Source: an uncultured Chthonomonadaceae bacterium
GTDB lineage: Bacteria > Armatimonadota > Chthonomonadetes > Chthonomonadales > Chthonomonadaceae
Reading direction: 5' to 3'
Assembly: GCA_963817895.1 (NCBI GenBank)
Contig: CAWFQB010000003.1
Coordinates: 1 to 64,000 of the forward strand
Length of the DNA: 64,000 nucleotides
The notes under the pieces were generated by a model. That model ran no database searches. It was not told where the DNA came from and was given only the letters and a program-made list of their open reading frames with translations. The translations under genes were made by a program, and so were the position numbers. Of the stretch, positions 48,548 to 59,823 are shown piece by piece (positions within the stretch are counted from its first letter, which is position 1; each line of letters opens with the position of its first letter).

Positions 48548-51500
48548 CTATGGCGAAGCGGATGTTTTCTCGCCGGGTACGGACTTGCCGCCGGGACGAA
48601 CCGCCGAAGAGCCGCCGTTCGGGTTCAGGTTGGCGGAAGAGACGGAACCGCTGCCGTCGCTTCCTCCTGCCGTCCTGTCAGGCGACCCGGCGGGCAGTTC
48701 TTTGAGCAGGGTTTGGACGGCGGTTTCTAATTGCCGATCCCGGTTTGCGGCGATGTCTTCGGGCCTATTTTCCACTGTGATATCCGGCGGAATACCGAGG
48801 TTCTCCATGTTCTTGCCGGTCAGGGTGTACCAGCCCCACATCGGCAGGCGATAGGTCGTGCCGTCCACCAATCGCCCGCTGTAGGTCCCGATCACGTAAC
48901 CGGGGGTAGAGACGCCGACGATTTTGCCTAGTTTCAAGTCGCGGAACCCGGCGGGAAAAATCTCTGCGTCGCTGTAGCTTTCCTGATTGATGAGCAGCAC
49001 GACGGACTTGGTGAACGCGCGGACAGGCTGCATCTGGCGCTGACCGTCGCGTGGCTGCGTGTAGCCGTAAACGTGCCGCGACAGGTCTTCCAGTATTTTG
49101 TCGTGCGTATTGCCGCCGCCGTTGCCTCGAATGTCCAGCACCAGCCCGTCTTTGTTCAGGGCGTCGCTGTACAGTTCGCGCTCGAATTTCGCCAGCGAGG
49201 GGCCGTCCATGTTGTGAATATGGATGTAGGCCAGCCGCCCGTTGGAGAGTTTGTCTACAAGCAGACGGTTGCGCTTGATGCGGGATTCGTACTCCAGATT
49301 CGTCCATTCGGCAGTGGAAATCGCCTTCATCTTAATGGTTCGCGCGCCCTCTTTAGTCGGTTTGCTGTTGACCAGCAAATCCACCACTTTGCCCGCCTTG
49401 TCATGCAGCAGGTCGTAGTAGTTCTCGTTCATGCCGACATCCGTACCGTTCACGCTCAGGATGTACTCGCCGGGAGAAACGCGGGTTGTCGGCAGATCGG
49501 CGGGACCTTTGGGCATCACGCCCGCCACTTTCAGGCCCAGTCCGGTATAGGTATCGTCGTAGAACACGCCCAACGTCGCGGCCTGCGGCCCACCAACCGT
49601 TGGCGCGGGGTTAATCTCCGAGTGGGACGAGTTTACTTCCCCGACCATTTCCGACAGCAGGTTGGCGAACTCTTCGGGCGTGCCAACGCCGGGAAGCAGG
49701 GCTTCGTATTTAGCGCGCAGGCTGGACCAGTTGACGCCGTGCATTTTGGCGTCGTAGAAGTCCGCGCCGAACTTGCGGTAGAACTCGTTGAACGCCTGCT
49801 GATACAGGGCGCGGCGGTCGAACAGCAGCTCCGCGCTGAACGGCACAACCTGCGGCGATTGGGGCGGGCCGGGCAGGTTGGCAAGCGAACGCGGCGTCCC
49901 GTTGATGCCTGTATAGAAGAAGCGCGACCCATCGGGTACGAATTCGATGTTGCCCCCGACTTCCGGGCCTGCTGTGAGCAGCGAGGGTGGCGTAGGTGGT
50001 GTGGATGACCCGCCCTTGATGCTCGCCGACACGAAACTACCGCCCGTTGAGATCACAACCCGCTGGCTATCGGGCGAGGGCGCGAAATCAAGAACCGGAC
50101 CATTGAATATGGCTTTGGCCCGTTCATGAATGTCCTCAAAATCTATCTTGACGTTTTTGCTGCGGTCTTCCGGCCTGGGCTTGGGCGCGGACTCATCTAC
50201 GGGCGCGTCATCCTCGCGCTCCAGCGGCAGGCGGTACAATCCGCCCCGGCTGGACACAAACAGCAGATTGCGTCCGTCTTTCGTAAAGCGGGGTTGAGCG
50301 TTTACGTCCGGGTAGCGCGTAACGTTGACGGCTGTGCCCCCGACTGCGGGAATGACCCATATATCCGTTGTAGTGAACCGATCCATGCGGGCAAAAGCGA
50401 CCCATCGGCTGTCGGGCGACCAGACATGGCTGGTGATGCCCTGCCCGAAGTTGTTGTTGCCATTGCCCGCTGCCAGCAGGCGCGGCTTATCGCCCCCGGA
50501 CGCGGACACGATGTACAAACCGGATTGAACACCAGCTTTTGCAAACGAAACCCATTTGCCATCGGGCGACCACTGCGGATTGGCTTCCGTGTCCGCGTCG
50601 TTGGTAAGGCGCGTGATGGCTTTGGTTTTCACGTCAATCGTGTACACGTCCGGCTGATTCTCCCGGTCGGACATAAAGACCAGTTTGGTTCCATCCGGCG
50701 ACCAGATGATGTCGTCGTCATTGGCGGGGTCATTGGTCAGGCGTTTGGCGTCGCCGCCCGCGATGGGCAGCAGCCAGATGTCGCCCTGAATTACCATTGC
50801 CAGTTGCTTGCCATCCGGCGCCAGTTCAACCTCGTTCGCGCCCGCGTTGACCACGCGCCGCTCCTGATTGTTCACCTTGTCGTCGGAATGGCAGATAATA
50901 GAGACTTTTTTCGCGTCACCGCCATCAGGACGGGCCACGTACAGGTCGCCATTGTAAAGGTAGGCGAGCGCGCTTCCGTTGCGGGCAATGGAGGGATAGC
51001 GCACGGCATCCGTCGTGTACTTTGTGACTGCAACCGGATTGCCGCCGTCGAACGGAACGCGGTACAGGTTGGGCGTGTTGCCGTTGCCGTAGATCATGGT
51101 GACGTACACGCTTTTACCGTCACCCGAATACAGGGGCCAGAACTGCTGCGTGTTGGTTTTGACGAGAGTTCGGACTTTGCCCGTATCCACGTCCTCAATC
51201 ACGGTGCTTGCGGCCACGCTGCCCCGATACCAGGGCCGCCACCAGGGCTGCCCCGCCCGCGAGTAGGCAATGGTTTTGCCGTCCGGCGACCAGGCCGCGT
51301 AGCGCAGGGGCGTCTCGTCATTGCTGACTTTTTTCACGGCAAGGGTTCGCAAATCCAGCGTGAACAGGGCAAAACTGCGCGTGTCGCGCACGGAATAGAA
51401 CAGCAGTTTTGTGCCGTCCGGCGACCAGTCCGTCACCCAATCGGCAGTGGCGTTGAACGTCACCTGACGGGCGGAGCCGCCCTCGGCGGGAACCAGAAAA

Positions 51501-51922
51501 ATGTCGGCGTTGCCCGTGCGGGTACTGGTGAACGCGATAAACTTGCCGTCCGGCGACCAGCGCGGGTAGGCATCGAGGGCTTCATGCACGGTCAGGCGAT
51601 TGGCGACCCCGCCTGATGTGGGAACCGTCCATAAATCGCCGAGATAGACAAAGCACAGGGTTTTGCCGTCCGGCGACAGCGCGGGCCAGTTCATGCCGCG
51701 TATGGGCTTGTTGTCGGGCAGGCGCAGCAGGCTTCCGGCATCCACACGGGCGGTCGAGGTAACGACCGGCGTGGTTGTCGGCGTGACGGGCGTGGTAGGC
51801 GGCGGGGCCGTTTGCGCTCCTAACGCGGTCGCCAATCCCAACGCCAGCAGCAGGCTGCCATTCAAATGAAAAAAGGCGGCGCGTTTTCCGGTTCGGAACG
51901 CCGCTGCGCGAACACGCTTCAT
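48548..51922 (-). CDS. Tricorn-like S41 protease (PD40 propellers + PDZ + S41)
   Basis: Repeated [27 protein letters not shown] region, [30 protein letters not shown]; signal peptide. Confidence 0.93.
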   Translation of the reverse strand: MKRVRAAAFRTGKRAAFFHLNGSLLLALGLATALGAQTAPPPTTPVTPTTTPVVTSTARVDAGSLLRLPDNKPIRGMNWPALSPDGKTLCFVYLGDLWTVPTSGGVANRLTVHEALDAYPRWSPDGKFIAFTSTRTGNADIFLVPAEGGSARQVTFNATADWVTDWSPDGTKLLFYSVRDTRSFALFTLDLRTLAVKKVSNDETPLRYAAWSPDGKTIAYSRAGQPWWRPWYRGSVAASTVIEDVDTGKVRTLVKTNTQQFWPLYSGDGKSVYVTMIYGNGNTPNLYRVPFDGGNPVAVTKYTTDAVRYPSIARNGSALAYLYNGDLYVARPDGGDAKKVSIICHSDDKVNNQERRVVNAGANEVELAPDGKQLAMVIQGDIWLLPIAGGDAKRLTNDPANDDDIIWSPDGTKLVFMSDRENQPDVYTIDVKTKAITRLTNDADTEANPQWSPDGKWVSFAKAGVQSGLYIVSASGGDKPRLLAAGNGNNNFGQGITSHVWSPDSRWVAFARMDRFTTTDIWVIPAVGGTAVNVTRYPDVNAQPRFTKDGRNLLFVSSRGGLYRLPLEREDDAPVDESAPKPRPEDRSKNVKIDFEDIHERAKAIFNGPVLDFAPSPDSQRVVISTGGSFVSASIKGGSSTPPTPPSLLTAGPEVGGNIEFVPDGSRFFYTGINGTPRSLANLPGPPQSPQVVPFSAELLFDRRALYQQAFNEFYRKFGADFYDAKMHGVNWSSLRAKYEALLPGVGTPEEFANLLSEMVGEVNSSHSEINPAPTVGGPQAATLGVFYDDTYTGLGLKVAGVMPKGPADLPTTRVSPGEYILSVNGTDVGMNENYYDLLHDKAGKVVDLLVNSKPTKEGARTIKMKAISTAEWTNLEYESRIKRNRLLVDKLSNGRLAYIHIHNMDGPSLAKFERELYSDALNKDGLVLDIRGNGGGNTHDKILEDLSRHVYGYTQPRDGQRQMQPVRAFTKSVVLLINQESYSDAEIFPAGFRDLKLGKIVGVSTPGYVIGTYSGRLVDGTTYRLPMWGWYTLTGKNMENLGIPPDITVENRPEDIAANRDRQLETAVQTLLKELPAGSPDRTAGGSDGSGSVSSANLNPNGGSSAVRPGGKSVPGEKTSASP

Positions 51923-52631
51923 ATTTATTTCTCCGGGGTTATCAACCAGAATAATCGAAAATAGCCGTGAAGAATCACTCGTCGCACAAACTATTCTATC
52001 ATACGCGCAAAGGGGTGTGCAGAGTTTTGCAAAGAGGATTTTCAAATTTGGGAGAAGGGGAACGATTGAAATAGCGTTAGGGAAATATGTAGAGACAGCG
52101 TCGAAATAGTGGCAATGCAGCGCTTCCAGCACAGTGTCTCGTTATGTCTAGTTTTTAAGAAGAGGCGTCGTGACCTCCGAGTGGTTAAGGCGGACGAGTA
52201 TATACAGGCATCATCTTGCACCTCCCTTCCGGGTTAGGTTGTTAGGTTGTTCGTTGTCCGGTTGTCAGGAACTCCGAACAGTCAACGGCCCGCCACCTGA
52301 CTGATTGGCAGACATCGCATGATTAATTTACATAAGCACACCTGAATAGAAGGTCGCTGCGGAAAAATTCGCAGGTTTTGCCTGCTCTGCCTTGTTTTGG
52401 TTCCTTTTTCGCCAGAGACTTATACTCGTCAGGAGGACTGGCGCAGGACGGGGCAGGGTGGTTCGTGGCTCTCATTGCGTAGAATGATGTGCCAATGCAC
52501 CTGGACGTTTCAGATTCTGGTACACTAAACAACAGAGGGAATTGCTATGAGGTTCATGGCAGAACAACGCAAAGTATTTGCCGCAGACGCCACGAGCGCG
52601 AAAAAACTCGGATAGGAAGGAGATAGAAGAT

Positions 52632-52826
52632 ATGGCAGAGAAGCAACGGTTGGTTAAGTTTTTTACATCGGTTCACGTACCTGATGCGGCTAAAATGCTT
52701 GATCTCGAACATCAAATCAACACATGGGTAACACAACAATCGAGCGTTATTATTGTACATACCTCCCTGACAATTACCGATAGATTTGATTTCTTTGCGC
52801 TTGTTACCTATTACATCCAAGATTGA
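52632..52826 (+). CDS. Small hypothetical protein (weak Cse60-like pattern)
   Basis: AAGGAG upstream; LVKFF..LEHQINTWV..ALVTY. Confidence 0.5.
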   Translation: MAEKQRLVKFFTSVHVPDAAKMLDLEHQINTWVTQQSSVIIVHTSLTITDRFDFFALVTYYIQD

Positions 52827-52935
52827 ACAGGAGAGAGCCGGAAACCGCCCCTGCCGTCGTACCCTACCCCCGCCCCCGTGATCCTGTTTCCGTCCACGCC
52901 TCCACTAATCTCCACTTGCAAAATGATGGTTTGAA

Positions 52936-53220
52936 TCAAAGAGGAATACGCCCCTCTCCAAAGTCAACGCGATTGGCCTGTAAGTTGCGGACAAATTCTG
53001 CCGTTTCCTCTTCCGATTTGCGAATCTCTTCAGGGTCCTGTGTGGCATCCTCTGCGATCCACGATTGCAAAGTGGCGGCGAGATCATGGCGCTGCGGGGG
53101 AATTACATGGCTTCCAAACAAACGGGCGCGTACCAGCGTATTCACATCCACGCCCTGCGTTTGCGCCTGTCGCTGCAAAACAGTTTCTTCTTCCCGCGTA
53201 AGTTCCAATGTTAATGTCAT
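52936..53220 (-). CDS. Antitoxin-like small protein
   Basis: GAGGAGGAG RBS; MTLTLELTREEETVLQRQAQTQGVDVNTLV..LQSWIAEDAT.DPEEIRK.E. Confidence 0.65.
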   Translation of the reverse strand: MTLTLELTREEETVLQRQAQTQGVDVNTLVRARLFGSHVIPPQRHDLAATLQSWIAEDATQDPEEIRKSEEETAEFVRNLQANRVDFGEGRIPL

Positions 53221-53345
53221 GGCACTCCTCCTCGACAATTTTATTTCGTCCTGAACAGCAGAAAGGAAGCGCAATGGTATACGCTTCCCTGCATTATATC
53301 ACGAAGCCACTCTCTTGCCAATTGCGCGGCGGCAGGGTAGCGGAC

Positions 53346-56300
53346 TCACTGCGCCTGGAGGATCACCTGCCGATAGTCGTGCCGCTCTACCGATAGGTTC
53401 AGTCTGCCGGACGCGCTTGCGGCCAGCGGTTCCTGCGTTTCGGCATCGTACACTCGCCACTGCGCCACGTTGGGCAATCCCAGCCGTTTCGCGTCTATCT
53501 GAATGGAAGCGGTCGTTTTCTCTCCCGTATTGACGACCGCAAGCAGCAGCTTACCGGGGCGGGCTGCCGTTGCCGGATTCAGCCAGCCGGCAAGATAAAC
53601 CTGCTTTGTTTCGCTTTTTAGCCCGCTGTCTTTTTCCCACCCGGCGAGAAAGCGAACGTCGGGAGCCGTGATGCCGAAGCGTTCGCGTCCCTGCCACACC
53701 TCCGGGTTCAGGCCATTGGCGTTGGCCGACGCGAGAGTATCTTGCAGCAGCAGCATGCCCGTATAGGCGCGCATCGCCTTTTTCAGCTTCTGCGGTTCCC
53801 ACGCGCCCTGATACTCCTGCAAGAAGTTGACCGCCACGCCCCAGGTCGCCGGATCGTCCACGCGCAGCCGTTCCCCCGTCCAGAAATCCATGAAATCTTT
53901 GTTCATTTCAGGATAAATGACGTGATGTTCGCCGTCCAGGGCGATGTCCGCCGCGCCGATCCAGGGCGCGATCATGTGGTTCGTGATGTGCAGGACGAAT
54001 TTGTCCTGCTTGCCCTGCTCGGCAAGCGCGGCCCGCAGGCGCAGCAGATAGCGGCGCGTGTCGAACATCTGGTAGGCGGGCTGAACGCGCCCGTCCGGCA
54101 GGCGATAGCCCCGGCCCGCTTCCAGGTTGTCGTCTGCAATGGGGTACACGTTGTCCAGATAAAAGCCGTCTATGCCGCAGTCGCGCGCCCACTGTCCGAC
54201 GTGGTAGACCATATAATCCGCCAGCGTTTTGCCATAGGAAAGCCCCCGGCTGACGCGCGTGCGCCACTCCTCCCCGAAATAGCCCATCTCCGGCGCGAAC
54301 TGTTCGCCCATGTTGATATGCTCGAAATAGGGAACGGCATTGGCGCGGTAGGCGGGGCTGGCCGCGCCCAGTATTGAACTCGCTTCTTTGTGACGCGCCT
54401 GAACCATCTCCCGGCTCTTCACGGGATCGAGCGGAAAGGGAATGGAACTGAAGATCAGCCCCATATTGCCCGCTTTGCCTTTCGATTCCACCTGCGCCCA
54501 GTCCTTGAAGGTATCGCTCGTTCCCCACGTATCCATGCGCCAGCCCGGAAAGAGGGGGCGGGTCGGAGTCGCCTGAAACGCGAATACGAGAGAACGCGGC
54601 CGCGTCAGCGTCGTTGGCGCGCTGATAAAGTTCAGGACGAGATCGGCGCTGCGGGCGGAGTTGCGGCGTACCTCAATGGCGGGAACCCGGTTATTCGGCT
54701 CCCAACCCGCGTCGCTGTCCGCGAACCAGCATAGTCCCGCGCCGGGATTTCCCATCCAGACGTAGGGCAGGAACGAGCCGACTTGCATCGGCTGCCCGTC
54801 CACCGAATGGGAATCCCACAGGCGCCCCTGCTTTGCTTGCGGCAGGAACCGGTAATCGAAGCCGTAGCGGATGCCTTCGCCACAAGCATGGAGATAATCG
54901 GCAATGTCGTTGCGGAGGGGCGCGACCAGCCGCAGGGAACGAATTGCCGTCGCCTGTCCGGGAGTGAGCCGCATCTCGATCTTCATCATGCCGTCGTACT
55001 CGACCGTGACCCGGCTTTGAACCGCGATGTTCCCCAGGCGGCTTTGAACTTCGACAACCGCGCGGTTCGGCTGTTGGGAAAGCGTCCGCAGGCGCATGTC
55101 CCGCGCCTGAATCGTCGTTCCGTCCGCCATCTGCGCGATGAGCGTCATGGGCCGCGCGAGAAGGTCCCGCCCCTGCGCGCGAATTCGCGTCGGCAGTCCC
55201 GCTTCCCCAACCGTCATTTCGCGTCCCCACACACTGAAGCGTCCTTTCGCATACTGTACGGGCGTCCAGGGCGCAAGGACTTTATCGGCATTGCCCACAG
55301 CGGTATTCCACCAGGGGAACGTTTGGGCGGGGTCTTTTTGCTCGAAGTCGGTTTTGCGCGTCAGCAGGGCGCGCCCGCTTTTGTCATAAGCGATCAGTTC
55401 CGCCGAGTACAGGCCGGGTGACAGGTGGGGGAGAGGCAGAACGTCCTGCGCGTAGTTCAGCGCGTCCAGGCGGACGGCTTTGCGGGCAAGGACGCGCTGT
55501 TTGCTGTCGCGCGCCGTCACCTCGCAGCGCGCGATGGCGGCGCGGGCATCGTAGTTGATAAAGTCGCCAGATACGCGCAGATAGTCTCGCGCCGGATTCA
55601 GGGTGATCGAAAGCGCAACCTGATTGCCTGTATCGTGAAGCGGCTGCGCCAGCGCTTCCAGCCCGCCCCATTCGCGCTTCGCGCTCCAATCCAGATAAAC
55701 CGTTTTGCCGTCCGGGGCAAACACCTGTATGCGAAACGCGCCCGCGCCCTCTCGATCCAGAGCAGGGTTGGGTAGCCCAAACGCCAGTTTTCCGGGCCGC
55801 GTATCCAGCGTACCCTCCTGGCGAACGCTGCCGTCGCTTTCAAAGCGCCACCGCAACGTTTGCGCTTTCTGCCCACTCTGCGCGAAGGCGGCCAACGTCA
55901 GCCCGAAGGTTCGCTTCGTGGGATCGCCGACCGAAAGCAGGTGAATTGCGGGCGCGTTTTTGGAAAGAGTATAGCGCGCGTAGGTTTCGCGCACGGAGAA
56001 ACTGCCGCTTCCCGCCAGCGTCACCTGATCCCAGGGACGCTTGAAGTTGCGCGCCAGCAGCCCTGAAAAGACGAAGCCATCGCGGAACGGCGTGTCTTTG
56101 TACAGGCTTCGGCGCGGTATCGCCAGTTCCATTTCCCAGAACTTGCCATCCGGCGTCAGTCGGTTCCGCGGCTTCCATCCCGCTGTCCAGGAGAGGCGCG
56201 AGTTGCCCACCGCCGGTTCCTGCATCACGTCCCAGCGCGCCCCCGCGAAATTGGAAAGGTACTGGAAAAAGACAGGCTGCCCGTCCGCGCTGCGCGTTCC

Positions 56301-56729
56301 CACATCCAGCCAGATTTCATAGGAGTCGTCGAATACGGCGTTTACATCGTGGTCGCGTTCGCGCAATGCCTGTATTAGCCGTTCGCCCGTTCGCAGAGGG
56401 GATCGCATCGCCACATACAGATTATCCTCATCCCACATCAGCCAAAAGCGGGCTTGTCGCGCGCTGACGGCCTTCGTGGTCGTTTGCAGCGCGTTCAGGC
56501 TGACCGCGCCCTGCCACTCCTCATCGTGAAGGATGCCATCCAGCGTGGGTTTCTTCCAGGCGTAGGGAATCACAATAGCAGGCGCTTTATAGTCCTGCTG
56601 AACCCCCTGCGCGTTTGCCAGTCGAAACGGCGCAATCATGCAAAGCAACAGGCCGATCACGAAGAGTTGTCCGACATTCCGTGAGGAGCGTGAACAGAAT
56701 CCGGCTTGATGTGTGAGGATATTCTTCAT
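53346..56729 (-). CDS. Large secreted DUF6067-like putative glycoside hydrolase with N-terminal CBM9-like domain
   Basis: PTLDGILHDEEW, WDEDNLYVAM, DDSYEIWLD, WEMELAIP; VEYDGMM, PYVWMGN..GLCWFADSD.GW, IDGFYLDN; GGAGGAG RBS. Confidence 0.75.
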   Translation of the reverse strand: MKNILTHQAGFCSRSSRNVGQLFVIGLLLCMIAPFRLANAQGVQQDYKAPAIVIPYAWKKPTLDGILHDEEWQGAVSLNALQTTTKAVSARQARFWLMWDEDNLYVAMRSPLRTGERLIQALRERDHDVNAVFDDSYEIWLDVGTRSADGQPVFFQYLSNFAGARWDVMQEPAVGNSRLSWTAGWKPRNRLTPDGKFWEMELAIPRRSLYKDTPFRDGFVFSGLLARNFKRPWDQVTLAGSGSFSVRETYARYTLSKNAPAIHLLSVGDPTKRTFGLTLAAFAQSGQKAQTLRWRFESDGSVRQEGTLDTRPGKLAFGLPNPALDREGAGAFRIQVFAPDGKTVYLDWSAKREWGGLEALAQPLHDTGNQVALSITLNPARDYLRVSGDFINYDARAAIARCEVTARDSKQRVLARKAVRLDALNYAQDVLPLPHLSPGLYSAELIAYDKSGRALLTRKTDFEQKDPAQTFPWWNTAVGNADKVLAPWTPVQYAKGRFSVWGREMTVGEAGLPTRIRAQGRDLLARPMTLIAQMADGTTIQARDMRLRTLSQQPNRAVVEVQSRLGNIAVQSRVTVEYDGMMKIEMRLTPGQATAIRSLRLVAPLRNDIADYLHACGEGIRYGFDYRFLPQAKQGRLWDSHSVDGQPMQVGSFLPYVWMGNPGAGLCWFADSDAGWEPNNRVPAIEVRRNSARSADLVLNFISAPTTLTRPRSLVFAFQATPTRPLFPGWRMDTWGTSDTFKDWAQVESKGKAGNMGLIFSSIPFPLDPVKSREMVQARHKEASSILGAASPAYRANAVPYFEHINMGEQFAPEMGYFGEEWRTRVSRGLSYGKTLADYMVYHVGQWARDCGIDGFYLDNVYPIADDNLEAGRGYRLPDGRVQPAYQMFDTRRYLLRLRAALAEQGKQDKFVLHITNHMIAPWIGAADIALDGEHHVIYPEMNKDFMDFWTGERLRVDDPATWGVAVNFLQEYQGAWEPQKLKKAMRAYTGMLLLQDTLASANANGLNPEVWQGRERFGITAPDVRFLAGWEKDSGLKSETKQVYLAGWLNPATAARPGKLLLAVVNTGEKTTASIQIDAKRLGLPNVAQWRVYDAETQEPLAASASGRLNLSVERHDYRQVILQAQ

Positions 56730-56730
56730 C

Positions 56731-59634
56731 TCACTCCTCCGCTCCCTGATCCTGGTCGCCGAAATTGTCGTCCCCTTCACTGGGACGGCGGACGCGCCTG
56801 TCGCCTGTTTGCGGCTGTTCGCGATCCAGTTGGAGAATGTCCACGCTGCTCTGGCTGTCGCCCAGCAGATACCGGCAGAAGTAGTCGGCGCGCAGCCAGA
56901 AGCAGTATTCGCTCATGTCGCCGTACCCGTGACGCTGCCCCGGAAACTGGAAGGTGTCGAACCGCTTATTGGCGCGTATCAGCGCGTTGGCAAGGCGGAT
57001 CGTGTTGGCGGGATGCACGTTGTCGTCAATGTCGCCCGTGACGAGCATCAGATGCCCCTTCAGGTTTTTCGCGATGTCGGAGTTCTTCTCGATGTCGTAG
57101 GAGAAGGTAATTTTGCCGTCTTTCGTCGGTGTTCTCTTTGACCCCGTGATGCGATTCGCTCCACCAGCGGTTGTAGATGTTGTTTTCGTGGTTGCCCGAT
57201 TCTGAAAAAGCCACCTTGTAAAAGTCCGGGTAGACCAGCATCGCCGCCGCCGACATGAACCCGCCGCCCGGAATGGCCGTAGATGCCGACCCGATCCGTA
57301 TCAATCCACGGGTATTTCAGGGCGAGTTCTTCGACCGCCCGCTTTTTGTCGGCCAGGCCGTAGTCGCGCAGGTTGCCGTAGCCGAAGTTGTGGTACCACT
57401 TGGAGCGCTGCGGACTGCCGCCCCGGTTGCCGACCTCGATCACGATAAAGCCCATCTGCGCCAGCGTCACATTGCCGTTGCGCGGCGAGAAGCTTTTGGA
57501 GACGGCTTCGGTCTGCGGGCCGGGGTAGACGTATTCGATGATCGGATAGCGTTTGTTGGGATCGAAATCGAAGGGCTTGTACATCACGCCGTACAGGTCG
57601 GTGATGCCGTCGTCGGCTTTTACTTTGAACGGTTCGGGGAACTTGAAGCCGTTGTCCATCAGCGCGCTGACATCGGTGGTCTCCAGATCCGCCAGAACCG
57701 CGCCGTTCGCGTCGCGCAGTTCGGAATGGGGCGCGGCGTTGACGCGGCTGCTGTTGTCCACGAAGTAGCGGGCGTCGTCGCTCATGGCGGGAGTATGGTC
57801 GGCGTCGCCGGCGTCGATGAGTTTCATGTCCCGTCCATCCAGGCGGACGCGGTAGAGGTGCGTGAAATAGGGATCTTCGCCCGGTTCGCGCCCGCAGGCG
57901 TTGACGTACAGCATCCGGTTTTTGGCGTCTATCCCGGCAATCCCCTCGCAGGTGAACTCGCCGGACGTGACCTGATTTTCCAGCTTGCCCTCGGCGTCGT
58001 ACAGGTAGTAGTGGCCCCATCCGTCGCGCTCGGACCAGAACAGTATCTCCTTGCCCCCATTGGCGAGTCGCAGCGGCCTGGTGTCAATGTAGGTGTTCAG
58101 GCGCTCCTCGATCAGGGTTTTGACATCGCCGGTTTTGGTATCGGCGACGCAGACATCCAGCTTGTGCCGATCCCGACTCGCTCGGGTGAAGTATAGTTTG
58201 TCCGGCGTGTCGCTCAGCCACTTCTCGACCACTTTATCCTGTTCGCGCTCGACGAGACAGAATACGATCCGGGGCGATGTCCAGCGTCTGATCCTTGAAT
58301 TTATCGGCTTTCACCTTGACGGCGGCGCGGGCGGCTACGTCGAAAATCAGGATTTCGGCTTGCGGCTGGTTCTCCTCTCCGGGCATGCCGTAGCGATAGG
58401 TTTCCAGCGTGGGGCGGGGCAGAGACAGCGAATTGATTACCCACAGGTCGGCCACCTTGCGCTCGTCCTCGCGTTCTACAGCGAATTTCTTCGAATCTTT
58501 GGACCAGGTTATGCCGATTGCGGGAACGCGATAGTCTGTTCGCTCTTTTTCCTGCGTCTGGAACGTCTTTTTAACTTCGTCTTTGAGCGTCCGGGCGTAG
58601 CTGTAATGCTCCTCGCCGTCACGTGGTAAGCTGCGTCTCTTTGATGGCTTTATCATCGGCCTTCTTTTGCGCCAGAGCGTAGTTGGCCGCGTCCATCATA
58701 AACAGATTGTGGCCGCGCGCGAAGACGAACGGTTTTTTCATCCGGCGACACGCTGGCCCACAGCATCTTTTTCGGCGGGGCTTTGTAAGTCCGGCAGAAG
58801 CGTGACCTGTTCGGTCTTCAAATCGTATTCGAAGAACAGCGTTTTGGTGAGCGAAGCGGCTTCACCTGTAACGGCGGCCTGTGTCGTCTGCCCCTCTTTG
58901 TTGTCCTGCTTGTTCTTGTCCCCGTCCGTTTTCTGTCCGCCTGTGGTTTTGCCGACGGTCTGCGTATCGGTCTTTGTGGTTCCTTTGGTGTCACTCTTCG
59001 TATCGGTCTGTTTATCTGTTTTGCCCTGCTGCTTGTCCGTTTGTTTGTCCGTTTGCTGCTGCTCCAACTGCTTATCGGTTCGCTGTTCCGTTCTATCTTT
59101 CTGCGCGCCGTTCTGCTGTTGTTTGTCGGTCTGCTTTGCTTTGTTCTTGTCCTGCATATCGTCCGACTTGACGGAATTGTCGCCGATCTCCTGCACGGTT
59201 TTAAACTGGTCGCCCACGCGCACGGTGGCGTCTTTGGAAAAATCAATCTCAAACCGAATCGCGGTATCCTGCTTGATAAATTTCAGCGTTCGTATGGGGA
59301 GATGCTGCGCGTCGTAGGGAGTGAGGGTGATACGCGTGAGCATCGCCGCCATGCGGGCGCTATCGAAGAGGGGTTTTTTGGTTTTGGCGCGGCAATCCAC
59401 CAGCCAGTAGCGGCGTCCCTGCCGGGTTTCGTAGGTGTACCAGAAACGTTCGCCGGTTTCCAGCCAGTGCGGCGCGACACCGGTATCAAAAGTTAGTCGG
59501 GCCGCTTTCGCAGCCGTCCATTTGGAGGCCAGATCATAATTAGCCTTGTGAACAGGCGTTGTTTCGGCCCGTAAAGAGGTAGGCACAAGGGTGGATATTG
59601 CCAGCAGAAGACAGACAGACAAGCGTAATTTCAT
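56731..59634 (-). CDS. Dipeptidyl peptidase IV-like S9 peptidase, split over about 5 frames
   Basis: Signal peptide; WSERDGWGHYYLY, YPIIEYVYPGPQ, GYGNLRDYGLAD, GIYGHSGGG (Ser), GDIDDNVHP (Asp), PGQRHGY (His). Confidence 0.9.
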
Positions 59635-59823
59635 GAAATACGAACTCCTTATTCAAATTGCTGCTTACTGACGCCGGCCTGAATCCCTGAAATTTTCGCT
59701 GCTGGTTGAGATGGGAAAACACCACAGAAACTTTAGTGTTTATGCCGACGCCAATAAGAGTATACCCCTTCCCATCTTGCGTCCGCCGATTCTGGCGCCT
59801 GAATGGGTGGGGTACTCTATTTG

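Noticed and set aside
51923..52132. 70-aa N-terminal extension of the tricorn ORF in the ORF track
   Set aside because: A GGAG RBS and signal peptide support the ATG at 51922; the upstream part is AT-rich intergenic sequence.
52165..52240. ccgagtggttaaggcg resembles a tRNA D-arm
   Set aside because: No anticodon arm, TTC T-loop or acceptor stem can be built; the minus-strand uORF explains the region better.
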